A stretch of DNA of 64,000 nt from a virus (Duplodnaviria > Heunggongvirae > Uroviricota > Caudoviricetes): the IMG/VR virus record IMGVR_UViG_3300017971_000019, positions 1 through 64,000 of that record; one strand, written 5' to 3'. Positions 44,681 to 56,500 of the stretch are shown piece by piece. The notes under the pieces were generated by a model. It did no database searches. It was given only the letters and a program-made list of their open reading frames with translations, and was not told the DNA's origin. Each line of letters opens with the position of its first letter. Position 1 is the first letter of the stretch. A program made the position numbers and the translations under genes.

Positions 44681-45418
44681 ATGTTTGGAATTGGACGACT
44701 ACTGAAGGCGCTTGTTCCGCCGCCTCCGCAGTTCGGGTTCTTGGGGCTTCTGGCGGCGGCTGTCCCGGCTATCGTTGGGGGTATCGCCAAGCACAAGGCA
44801 GCGAAGAAGCAGGCTGACTTCTCGGACAAGATGTACCGGGACGCGAAGGCTGATATCGACGCAGACCGTGCGGACCAGTTGGCCTGGCTGGAGCAGATGA
44901 CCCCGCAGTTCCAGTCTCTGGCTGGGATGGCGATGGGGCCTCAGATCACCAACACGACAAGCTCGTACAACGACATGCTCCGCAAGGTCGTTGATCCTGG
45001 CCAGGCGAGGATGAAGGCTGCGCTCGACAAGCAGTACTTCCAGGACATCACAGCCCCAGCCCTAGAGCCCGGATACGCGGCAAGGCAGATCGCTGCCATC
45101 AACGCGGCCAACGCTGGGGCGGAGCAGGCAGAGCGCAATGCGCTCATTCGCCGTGGAGGATCGATGGACATGCCGCTCGCATCGACCAGGGCGACGACTG
45201 CCGAGAAGCTCAACTTCATGGCCGGTCTTCCGATGCTCAAGGAGCAGATCAAGGACAAGAGGAGGGCCACCGCCGCCAATTGGATGGGTCAGTGGCAGGG
45301 GCAGCACAAGAAGGGGACGAGCAGCCAGACGACAGAGGGCCCAGCGAACGTCGGTGCGGCTCTCAGCGCTCTCGGCGCGATGCGTCCACCTGAGCGTCAG
45401 ATTCTCTACAGGGGGTAG
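44681..45418 (+). CDS. putative internal virion protein (245 aa) with a hydrophobic N-terminus
   Basis: GAGGAGG ribosome-binding site. ORF track. Confidence 0.55.
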   Translation: MFGIGRLLKALVPPPPQFGFLGLLAAAVPAIVGGIAKHKAAKKQADFSDKMYRDAKADIDADRADQLAWLEQMTPQFQSLAGMAMGPQITNTTSSYNDMLRKVVDPGQARMKAALDKQYFQDITAPALEPGYAARQIAAINAANAGAEQAERNALIRRGGSMDMPLASTRATTAEKLNFMAGLPMLKEQIKDKRRATAANWMGQWQGQHKKGTSSQTTEGPANVGAALSALGAMRPPERQILYRG

Positions 45419-45420
45419 CG

Positions 45421-45747
45421 ATGTCTATCATCTACGCGGGCGAGAGGCCCAACGACAGCGGGTGGAACCTTGTTGGAGACCTAGCTCAGGTTGCCGCGAA
45501 GACGCTGCCTGGGATGTTTAAGAAGCCAGAAGTGCAAGAGTTGCCAGGCGCGAAGAACTTCGCGAACCCAGAAGCGATGGTTCCGGCAGTCACACCAGTC
45601 ACACACAATCCTGCGGCTCCGGTTCCACTTGGTGGCGGCATGGGCGGACTTGGGGACTTCGGTGATCTGGGAGACTACAAGATCCCGAGTCTCACGGTCG
45701 CTGACATGATGCTCCCGTACTTCGGCGGCTTCGGACCTCGTTTCTAA
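45421..45747 (+). CDS. putative internal virion protein (108 aa); its N-terminal 30 aa are paralogous to the N-terminus of the next gene
   Basis: MSIIYAGERPNDSGWNLVGDLAQVAAK aligns with MAQIIFTGKRPEDSAWATLVPGLAQAAS. Confidence 0.5.
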   Translation: MSIIYAGERPNDSGWNLVGDLAQVAAKTLPGMFKKPEVQELPGAKNFANPEAMVPAVTPVTHNPAAPVPLGGGMGGLGDFGDLGDYKIPSLTVADMMLPYFGGFGPRF

Positions 45748-45759
45748 GAGGAGTGAGCC

Positions 45760-47586
45760 ATGGCTCAGATCATCTTCACAGGTAAGCGCCCAGAGGATTC
45801 AGCCTGGGCGACTCTCGTTCCAGGGCTCGCTCAGGCTGCGTCTCTCGCATTCGCTGAGAAGAAGCGGCAGGACCAGTTGAAGATCGAGGCCGAGGAGCGA
45901 GAGCGCAAGAGGGAGCGAGAGGACTGGACGTTCGAGACAGAGCAGCAGAGGCGCGAGGAGGAGAAGGAGGACCGCGTCGCTGAGACCCAGTCGAAGACGC
46001 ACGAGATCCAGAAGGCTCTAGCGGAGGAGCAGGCGGAGAGGGACGTTGACGAGGCGTACGAGAGGGCTGGCACTGTTCAAAAAGGGCTTCTGGAGGACTA
46101 CCTGAAGCCGACCGAGCTAAAGATGCCTGGTGCTGTTTCGATGGAGAGAGAGGTCGCTCCGGGCGTGACTCTCGACAGACAGCAGGTAGGAACAGAGGAA
46201 GCGGTTGACATTGGTGACAGCGCCAAGAGCATGGAGGCGCTAAACGCGCTGATGGAGAGTGCTCCAGGGGCGAGGGAGTTCGCGGAAAGGCTCCAGGGCG
46301 ACGTGACGATCCCTGGGGTCGAGAAGTACGGCGTAGAGGATGAGACGTTGGGTAGGGGTGAGCTTGCCGCTCGTGCGTACGACGACAGGCAGAGGGCAGC
46401 AGCCGCGAGAGCGCGTGAGAAGGGCGAGGGCCCGATTGTCTTCCCGGATGACGAGAGTGTGCCCCCGTTCTTCAGGGGCAGGACGTTCAGGCCAGGCGAG
46501 GACGGGTACGAGATGGCCGAAGAGGTCGCGCCAGAGTACGCGAAGAGTCTGTTCGCTTCCAAGAAGGCTGGCTCTCTGAAGCAGGCGTACGACTCTAAGT
46601 CCGGTCGTAAGGTCTTCGTTACGGACTCAGAGATCCAGTCGGGCGGCGGTCGCTACCAGCCTATTTCCGCCGCACCTGACGACGCGCCGGACAAGGAGAA
46701 CAGGTTCCTGCGTGGCGCAGCCTGGGACATCGTTGAGAACGCGAGGGACGAGTGGCTCGCGGGCAATAGGAAGAACATGGACCTGACAGATGCGGAGAGG
46801 AAGAGGTTCCTCGCGTCTTTGCCGGTAGAGATCCTAGGCCCAGCGCAGGGCGTAGCTGACCTCGACCTCGACCCGGCTAAGGCTGGCCGAGGAGTGGAGA
46901 TGCGCTCCGCGATCATCCAGACTGCGAAGATCCTGAATCCAAACTTCACGCAGCACGGGTTCGAATTCAAGCGCGATTGGGCGAAGGGAAAGCCAGCGAC
47001 TGCTCGCCGCGCCGTCAACGACGCTATCGCGGACGTTGGTCGCGCCTTCAAGCTCTCAGAGGAGTTCCGTCGCACCGGGATGCCATGGATCAACAAGGGC
47101 TACGTCTGGTTCCTAGAACAGGTTGGATCTCCAGAGGAGAAGGCTCTCCGCACCAGGCTGAAGACTCTCGCTACCGAGTTCTCGAAGGCGCAGAACAACG
47201 GAATGGCCGCGAAGCAGGAAGAAATCGAGGAGGCGTACAGAAGGTACATGACCTCCGCCACCCCAGAGGAACTGGAGGCCATCCTCAGAGAGGATCTCCA
47301 CTCCACGGTGAACCGCATCGTCACTCTCGAAAACGACTACGAGCGATTCGTTGGCGAGCCCGTACCGACGCCTACCCTCAACAAGCAGACCATCGAGAAG
47401 GCTCGCGAGGCTGGCTACTACGACATCTTCGTGGATGCCGGCGCGGTTCTCACTGAGGGTGGCGGCGGAGGAGCACCTGGGGACGAGCCCATTCCTGAGA
47501 TCGGAGCCGTTGGGCAGACGATCACACGCAACGGAAAGACGTACGTCTGGGATGAAGTGGAGGGTGGATTCACCCCGCAGGAATAG
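45760..47586 (+). CDS. putative internal virion protein (608 aa), charged and coiled-coil-rich, with the shared N-terminal tag
   Basis: GAGGAG ribosome-binding site. ORF track. The N-terminus is paralogous to that of the 45421 gene. Confidence 0.6.
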   Translation: MAQIIFTGKRPEDSAWATLVPGLAQAASLAFAEKKRQDQLKIEAEERERKREREDWTFETEQQRREEEKEDRVAETQSKTHEIQKALAEEQAERDVDEAYERAGTVQKGLLEDYLKPTELKMPGAVSMEREVAPGVTLDRQQVGTEEAVDIGDSAKSMEALNALMESAPGAREFAERLQGDVTIPGVEKYGVEDETLGRGELAARAYDDRQRAAAARAREKGEGPIVFPDDESVPPFFRGRTFRPGEDGYEMAEEVAPEYAKSLFASKKAGSLKQAYDSKSGRKVFVTDSEIQSGGGRYQPISAAPDDAPDKENRFLRGAAWDIVENARDEWLAGNRKNMDLTDAERKRFLASLPVEILGPAQGVADLDLDPAKAGRGVEMRSAIIQTAKILNPNFTQHGFEFKRDWAKGKPATARRAVNDAIADVGRAFKLSEEFRRTGMPWINKGYVWFLEQVGSPEEKALRTRLKTLATEFSKAQNNGMAAKQEEIEEAYRRYMTSATPEELEAILREDLHSTVNRIVTLENDYERFVGEPVPTPTLNKQTIEKAREAGYYDIFVDAGAVLTEGGGGGAPGDEPIPEIGAVGQTITRNGKTYVWDEVEGGFTPQE

Positions 47587-47589
47587 AGA

Positions 47590-50500
47590 ATGGCAAAGCT
47601 ATACCTCGATCCAGAGACAGGCGAAGAAGTCACAGCGAACGAGTTCAGGAGGCGTCGAGCCAGGAGGCAAGCCGCCTCTGAGGGGCAACCTATCGCTGAC
47701 TTCATGTCCCCGACGCGTCAGCTACTTGGGATCCCAGAGCCTGGGACCATGTTCTCTACCGAAGAGCAGAAGGACGTTCCAGAGGGTCATCTGTCTGGGT
47801 ATAGGAAGAGGAAGACTTACCTCGATCCGGCCACCGGAGAAGAGGTTGATGAGATTGAGTTCCGTGCCCGCAAGGCGAAGCGTGAGCGTGAGAAGGAAGA
47901 GCTAGATAAGAACGCAGCGGAGCGGAAGAGGGCCGAGGAGATAGCGGCGAAGGACCGCGAGATTGCGGAGAGGGTCACCCAGGGGATCCCGTTCGAGCCG
48001 CTTCGGAAGCTTGCCGCGTCGAAGCCAGCACGCCTTGCCATGGAGACCGCCACGGGGCTACCCCGCACCATCGGTTTGGACTTCCTCCTTGGCCCAGCCG
48101 AGTCTGACGTTCAGTTGCTGGGCGCCGGCGAGAGGGCCGCGACGAGGGCTGGCCGCAAGCGCGGCAGGGCCATGATGCCGACGGTTGGTGGTGGCGGAGT
48201 TCCTGGCGTCCCGGACATCCCGACCGGACTAGAGGCTGATGAGGACAGGTACGTCACAGATCTCCCGACCGGCGTCAAGGAGCTTGGCGACAGGACATGG
48301 GCGTCCGACCTAACCCAGGAGACCATCGACAAGATCAAGGCGATCCAGCTACCAGGCAGGAACCCGTTCACCGACGAGCCGCTCGCTGAGGGCGAGCAGC
48401 CGTACGCGTCTGTCGGCGGAAGTGTCGGGGTCTCGCCAAGGGTCGCTGAGGCCCTTCGCGATCCGTTCATCTACAACAACGAGGTCGAGTTCTCGCGTAC
48501 CGCCAGGTGGAGGTCCGGGATTGAGGAGGCCATTCGTCCAGCCATGTTCGGCGCTGGGGAGAGCTTCGAGACAGCGAAGGATGTCGCGCTCCCAGCCGCT
48601 GTTGCGTACGGCGCAGTTAGGCGACCATGGCACACGATTCCTGCTATCGCTGGTATCGAGCTTATGTCCATCCTTGGCGAGAAGGGCGCGAGGGCGGCTT
48701 CACAACACCTAGGCGAAGACGAAGAGCGGATGGCCCAGATCGGGCGAGAGATTCCGATGGCCCCTGCCGGCCTGAAGGTCGGCCCAGCATTGACGAAGGC
48801 GGGTCTCAGGGCTACATCTCCCCTACTGGGGAAGGCGAAGACTCGCAAGTGGCTTGCGCGGGGCGCTAGGACCAACAACAGTCGCGAAAGGTCCATTGAC
48901 CTTGAGGTGCAGCGAGTCACCGGGAAGACTCTGCTCCAGACTCTCCGAGACGTTGGGCGTGGCGCTAAGTGGTGGACTCAGGAGAGGACCACCGATGGCC
49001 CGTTCATGGCCATGAGGCGTGAGCTAGGTGCTCGTAAAGATCTGGCTAAGGGCTTCCAAACTCCGTACGCGAGGCGCGGCATCACTCAGGAAACAGCGGA
49101 GAAGCTGAGAGACCTCCAGGATCCGCGCTGGAGGGATAAGGCTGACTGGTCACAGCCTGTTGGGGAGAGGGGCGACTTCCTCGGATGGAGGGCGAATAAG
49201 CAGGGCAAGCTGGAGCCGGTCTACGCGCCGGCATCTCCAGTCAGAACTGATGCCCCGCCTGGCCCAGGCAGGGGTGTCATCTACGACCAGGAAGGCAACG
49301 TCAAGGACACGTATGACCTGGACGCGCAGGGCAAGCCTGTCGGTGCGTCTGGAGGAGTAGACGTTCCCGAAGCCGTTCGTCGCTACGCGCCGATGACCGC
49401 TGGGTACATCGCCCAGGGCATGACATTCTCGAAGTGGCCACTCCCTCTTGGAAGGTTCGCAGCCGGTCGTTTTGCAAACCTCGGTGCCAGAAGGCTTGTC
49501 TCCAGAATGCTGGAGGGTGTGAGGAGGAAGAAGCCCGCCCGCAACGTTGAGGCGTTCGACGCGGAGGCCAACGAGTTCGTGATGGTCCCCGAGGACGCAC
49601 TAATCAACAACCCTGCGAAGTACAAGACCAAGGGTCAGGGTGCGCGAATCCTCAAGGAGAGGGACGCTCTTCGTAAGGCGAGGGAGAAGGAAGCCGATCA
49701 GGCTCGCAAGGCCAAGGAAAAGGCGGACGCTGAGGCGAAGAAGGAGCAGGAGAAGCTCCAGAAGGCCGTAGAGGACGCGATCAAGCAGGCTGAGGCTGAG
49801 CAGCAGTCTCGCCAGGGCATGTCCTCGACGCTCTCCCCGCAGGAGGGCTCCAAGATCATGGAGATCATGGAGCACCAGGTTGCGGTAGAGCGCGTCATGA
49901 AGGAGATGGGCGTTGACCGCGTAGAGGCGGAGAGGATCCTCAAGCAGCGCGGCGATGTTACTGCTCCAGAGACTCCTATCGAGTCCGCGAAGTTCAAGTC
50001 TGGAGATATCACAGAAGCCGATATCTTGAAGGCTGCTCAGGATGGCGCGACCCCGGAACAGCTTCGCGCCATGCGCGAGAAGCTCGCCCAGAAGGGTGAG
50101 CCAACGAAGCCGGCAGAGCCTCCAAAGCCTGAGCCTCCTGCGGAGCCTGTCGCAGAGCCTGCCCCAACGAAGCCGAAGGCTCCCGAGGGTGAAGGCGGAG
50201 CCGAGACCGTTGAGTCTCTTGGTGGGACGGGACATCTCTCGAAGGGCCAGCTTGGTGCCTTCAGGCAGAGAGTGGAGATGGGCGAAGACCCGGTCACCGT
50301 CCTGAAGCAGATCAACGAGTACAGGCGGAAGAAGGGACAGTCGGTTCCAGAGTCGAAGCCTACTGAGCCGGCGAAGGCGCCGCCTGCTGAGCCTCCAGCG
50401 GACACGTCGCTCGACAGGACAAGCGGGACTATCCGCACGCGTCGAAAGAAGCAGGAGCGAGACAGGAATCTCGGTGAGGACGCCCCCGAGGACGCAGCCG

Positions 50501-53500
50501 TGTTTGAGCCCATCGTAAAGGGTCAGGAGGTTGGAGACGGAGTCAGGATCGGTGACACCTACGTAGACGTATCGGGCGAGACTCCACGCACTGTTCGCGT
50601 CGAGGGACAACTAGACACGCGTGGGAAGATCCGCCTTCATCTCGTTGACGCAAAGACGGGAGACTGGGTCTTGGGTGAGCCGACGAACGGGCACAGTTTC
50701 CTGAAGGGGCTTAGAAAGGACATCAAAGACGGCCTGATCGAGAAGCCAGCCGAGAGGCCAACCAAGCCAACCGCTCCGAAGGGCGGGAAGTCCGGTAAGG
50801 CTCAGGAGCCGTTCGACACGACCACGCCTGAGGGTCGCGCAAAGGCGTTCGCTCGCGAAGGTGGTCCTACCGACGCCGAGTGGAACCAGATGGGCGGCAA
50901 CATCGCGAAGCGTGCGTGGCTTGAGTCGCAGGGGAAGACAGGCGAGCCTCGCATGACCGGGCCTACGCCGGAAGGGCTTGAGGGGCCGGCGGGCAAGGCT
51001 CTCTCCGAGACGCAGACGCCTCCGACAGAGAAGCCGTCGAAGGGGAAGGGCAAGAAGAAGAAGGGCAAGCCTCGTCCAGGAGTCATCCGCAAGGGTGACG
51101 TTGTCGAGTTCGCGGACGGGACTCGCGGGATCGTCAAGGGCAAGGGAAGGAGCGGGGGCCTCAAGGTTCAGGTCGGAGAGACGACTCGTCTCGCCACACC
51201 GGACCAGGTGAAGAAGGTCGAAGCGAAGGCTCCGACTCCAGAGGAGCGCCAGGCTGCGCTCGACAAGGTCAAGGAACTCGGTGAAGGCAACAGGGGAATG
51301 CTGGAGCGCGAGTTCTACGAGTCCGGCCCAGAGGCGGCTGTCATTCTGGGCACGGAGAAGATGGGCCTCGAAGAGCCGGTAGTCCGCTCGTTCATCGAAT
51401 CCCTCCCTGAGACGAGGCCCCCAGCCACCCCAGCCGAAGCCGCTGTCGAGATCACGAAGGGCAGCTTCAAGGGCCAGAAGGGTGTCCCAATCGGGGAGGC
51501 CGACGCCAAGGGCGTGACCAACGTCATGCTCGAATCCGGCGAGGTCCAGCCCTTCAAGGCCGGCGAGTTCAAGGTGCTCAGGGGATCCGGGAAGGACGCA
51601 GATATTGCGGCCACCATCAAGAAGGCCGAGGAGGACGCTGGGATCGAGTGGGGAGAGCCCCTAAAGGGCCCTGAGAAGGCCCCAGAGGCTCCAGGAGCGC
51701 CTGTAGAGGGCAAGAAGGCCCCAGAGGCCGGGAAGCCGGCTACGGGCCGTAGGGGGGCTTGGAGCGGCCTTGACGCGGCTGTTCGAGAAGGGGACCAGGC
51801 GAGGGCCAGCAGCATCGCCCGAGGGGCTGTCAAGGACCCCGAGGCCAGCGCCGTGGTCGGCGGGCAGGGTGTCAGGGTCGGGGACGTGATCGAGTCCGGG
51901 CCGCACGCCGGGAAGATGGTTCTGGAGGTTCAGGACGGGGCCGTCGTCCAGATGACCAAGAAGAAGTTCACCGGGGGTGGGGGTCGCTACCAGGTCGGAC
52001 GGGTGACCACCGTCGGGGAACTCACCGCCCGCCGTGCCCGCCCGAACTACCAGGGCTACTACTCGCAGCTTGAGAGGGTGCTGGAGACTCCACACGTTCA
52101 GGAAACTCAGGTTGCCCACGACTGGCTCCGCTTCCTCAAGAAGCGCAAGCGCGGCGTGACTGCCGACGAACTCTACTGGACAGGCCTAGAGGAGTTCCTG
52201 AAGTCGAAGAAGCCGTGGGAGCGAGTAACCAAGGGCAAGCTCCTTCAGTACCTCAAGGACAACAAGGTTGAGTTGTCCGAGTGGAGGCAGGGCGACATCC
52301 ACCAAATCGACTTCAATAGCCCGGCCCAGGTGGACGCGTACGTTCGTATGTGGGAGCGCAGGGCTAGGGAGTCCGGTGTCTACACGGAGCAGGAAGTCCG
52401 CAACATCGGTGCCGCGATGCGTAACGACCCGATGTCTAGGATTGACCAACTCAGGGAGGACATCACGAAGCCTGAGTACGGCGACTACAAGGAACCGGGC
52501 GGAACGAACTACCGCGAGTTCATCGTGACGATCCCGTCGAAGAGTGTCCCGACTCCACTCCGCTATCGCGTCGAGAGCATGGACAGGTCCATTCCCCCGG
52601 AAAAGAAGGCGAGGGTGGACGAGCTAAACGAGGAGAAGGGCGCACTGGAAGCCGCCCTGGTCACAGAGTTCGGCGCAGTCTTCCGAGTGAGGAGGGGCGA
52701 GCCGAGAGTCAAGCCGCGCCACCTCAAGGATAAGGATCGAATCCTAGAGATCAACAAGGAGATCCAGAAGATCCGAGAAGAGGGCGGGGAACTCTGGACC
52801 GTCGAGTCTTACTGGGCAGACAACGGAGTGCAGGCGAAGTCTCCAGGGACAGGAGGGACTTACAAGTCCAAAGCGGAGGCAAAGGCGGCAGCGGAGAAAC
52901 TAGCCAAGGAGAAGCCAACCCACGGCAGGCTTCACGCCAAGTGGGACGCACCACACTTCTCGCATCTCAACGCACAAGGGGGCATCCTCTACCACATCCG
53001 CATGACGGACAGGATCGACCCGGCAACCGGAGAAAAGATCCTCTTCGCTGAGGAGTTCCAGTCCGATGCCGCATGGGACGCCAAGAAGAAGGGAGTAAGG
53101 AAGCCAAACAAGGCCTGGCAGAAGGATCTGGAGAGGTTCAACGAGCTTAGCGATAGGAATCGAGAGATCAGGAACAAGCGCGACACCTCTTCCCTGACTA
53201 AGGACGAGAAGCGTGCGCTCAAGGCGGAGTACGAGCGAAACTCCGAAGAGATGCAGCGCATCAACAACAAGTACGGCGAACACCCAGGCTCTGGCGTACG
53301 TGGCTTCATGGGTCGGAAGGACGTGCCTACCGAGATGCCGTACATCGAGTCCACCAACAAGTGGCTCGACCTGGCCACGAAGCGATTCATCAAGATGGCC
53401 GTAGAGGAAGGCTACGATCAGGTCCGCTTTACTTCCGGCTCGATGCAGACTCGTCGCTACGACCTCTCTCAGAGGGTGGATGAGGTCCGTTGGGATCCCG

Positions 53501-56500
53501 CAGAGAAGAGGCTAGAGGGATACAAGGACGGCGAGAACATCCTCAACGAGTACGATGTCCCTGCTGAGAAGCTCGCGGACTACATCGGTGAGGAACCGGC
53601 TGCGCGGCTCAGGAGGGCGGCGCAGAACTGGAAGGAGCCCGACCCGCTTGGTGGATGGGGGATCGAGCAGGCAAGGCGACCAGGCGAGTTCTACGTCATC
53701 GACCCGAATGGCCAGTACGTCTACACCAGGGAGGGTAAGAGGGACCTCTTCTACGGTAAGGATGAGGCCAGGAACTACATCGAGGAATCCATTCGTGAGT
53801 CTGGCGACACAGTGAGCCAGATCCCGGCAATCTCTGGACAGGATCTCTCGATGGGCTCCACTGGCCTCGCGAAGCTCTACGACGTGATGATTCCGCAGTC
53901 CTTCAACCGCGTCCTCAAGCCGTTCAGGACTCAGGGTGAGACCATCTACCGCCTAGAGGGAGACCGCCTGACGAAGACGGTCGAGGGCGCGAAGGGACCG
54001 AAGCTCGAAGAAGGGCAGATGGGGGAGAATTCGTACACCAAGAGGTACGAGGTCAGGGAGCACCCGGATCAGGCTCTGGCAAACCAGGGCGCAATGGCCA
54101 TCTATGATCTGGGCACCGAGACGTGGGCGAGGTCCACTGACCCACGTATGCCTATCGATCCTGATCTTATGGCGATGAGAAAGCGCCAGGGGGTAACGGA
54201 CACCACTGGAGCTAGGGCCAACTACTTCAAGAGCGCAGCCGACGCACGTCGCGTAGCGTCTGAGATGAACCTCGACTACGCTCACGACAGGATGGCTGAT
54301 GGCGTTCTTAGCCGCTTCAAGTACAACGTCGTTGATGCGAAGACAGGCAAGATCGTCAGGACGGTCAATGAGCCCTGGCAGACGGTGGACGCTGTGCGGG
54401 AACTCGAAGGCAAGAGTGGCCGCGAGTACGTTGTAGAGCCTGCCGGCGAAACCGTACACACCATCAGGATCCCGGACGAACTCAAGCGCCAGGTCGAGAA
54501 GGAAGGGTTCCCTCAGTACAAGATCGGCAAGGAAGACCTCGTAGAGACCCCGATCACGACGGAAGACGTGCGCATGGCTCTGCCAGAGGCGCTGCGTCCA
54601 CTCCTCAAGAGGGCCACGAGGACGGAGACCAGGCCGGCGGGGAAGGGGAAGGGAGAGGTTCGCGCAGACGCGAAGATGGGACTCCGTGCCGGCGACTGGT
54701 ACATCGACACTCCTCACGGTGGAAGGATCATCATCAAGCAGAACGGGTTCATCAGGATCGAGAACCCGGAGCAGTCGCTGGTCGGATACTCGCCGGAAGT
54801 CATCGCAGACGTGAAGGCCGGCAAGCGCGGCGCACTGGGCCGCATGGAGACGCCAGGCCAGGGTCCGCTGGTTCCGAAGTACCGCCGCAAGTACGGCATC
54901 GACCGCGACATGCAGATGCGCATCCTCAACGCGGGAGTCATCCCGCACGAGATGGGCCACATCTTCATCGACTACTTCGCGAGCCCCAGGGAGAAGGCAC
55001 GCATCGAATCCTGGTTCAGGGAGGAGATGGAGGCGAAGGGCCTAGAGAAGTATGACGAACTGTTCGCTGAGGGCTTCAGGGAGTGGTTCGAGTCCTACCG
55101 CTGGAAGAAGAAGCCTCGCAACGCTGTCGAGAGGGTGTACAAGGCGATCTACGAGTTCGTTGCGAACGTCTACGACACCTTCCGCCCGACAATCGAAGGC
55201 CAGTACAGGAAGGTCGCCCAGGGCAAGCCGTTCAAGCGTGGTCGCCACCAGGATGGATGGGTAGGAAGGACTGCTAAGGAGGCGTACCAGATCGCGGCTC
55301 GCGAGGTCGGAGACAGCGAAGCCAACTTCATGAAGTGGTTCAAGAAGTCTGTCGCCAACACCCAGTGGGACCAGATGAGCAAGGGCCAGATGGGCGGTCT
55401 CAAGCTTGGCAAGCACCCAGAGGGCTACCCGCACTACGGCCACGACAAGATGCCGTTGGAGCTATACCACGCGACCATCGCGAAGGCAGACTTCGACGCG
55501 TTCAAGCCTGGTAGCAGGCCAAGGTACGTGGACCCGGCCAACCCAGACGCCGACTACGGACGTGGCGTGGACGGCATGGGCATCTGGTTCGCAGAGGATG
55601 CCGAGTTCGCGAACTCCAAGCTCCGGTTCGACTGGATGGCTGAGGACATGAGGCGAGGCGGGCCTCCGCCGGACCACAACGCCATCCGCAACCCGGAGGG
55701 CCCCATTCCCGAAGGGGGAAGGATCATTCCCGCTTATCTCTCCCTCCAGAAGCCGCTCTTTGTACGCGAGAGGCGCGATCTCGACTACGAGGTAGCGAAG
55801 AAGTGGGCGCAGATCGAAGCCAAGGATCCCGCAAAGAGTGCGAAGGCCAAGAAGAGGAGCAAGAAGGCGAACAAGGCTCTCCTGAAGGTCGATAGGGACG
55901 TGAGGAACTACGTCAACGAGCTTGCCGACAAGTACGCCGTTCCGAAGGGTGGTGGAATCACGTTCCAGGACAGGCTGCTTATCGCCTACGACAGGATCAA
56001 CGCTGTCGAGCGTGCCAAGCTCATGGAGTACCGCAGGGCGGGTGAAAAGGCTAGGCTGGAAGCCGCTATCGCTGAGGCAGAGATGACCGGCAACCCGGAG
56101 GCGTACCTACAGACCCTCAGGCGCGGAGACCCGAAGGACATCGCGAGGGCCAAGAAGGCTCTCCAGTCCGAGGGCTACGACGGGTTCCTCGTGGGCGACG
56201 ACATGGGCTTCGGTCGCGCATGGGTGGTATTCGAGGGCGAGCAGATCAAGTCCTCCAGGGCGAACGTCGGGACGTACGACCCGAAGAACCCTGAGTACCG
56301 CCACATGATCGAGCCTGAGCGTGCGAAGAAGCTCAAGACCAGGAAGCACCTTCCAACAAGGCGGGAGTTCGCAGAGGCAGTCCAGAACACCAAGGGCGCG
56401 GCGATCACAGAGGATGGGCTCATCATGGAGCTTCAGCGTTGGCAGAAGCCAGACCAGGCTGGAGCACTCTCCATCAGGACCGGGGTCTTCTACCTACCTA

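Noticed and set aside
49600-50610. 336-aa minus-strand ORF and many other ORFs of 60-350 aa on both strands inside the giant gene
   Set aside because: These are the expected open alternate frames in a GC-rich gene, with Arg/Ser/Pro/Leu-rich translations. None has a ribosome-binding site.
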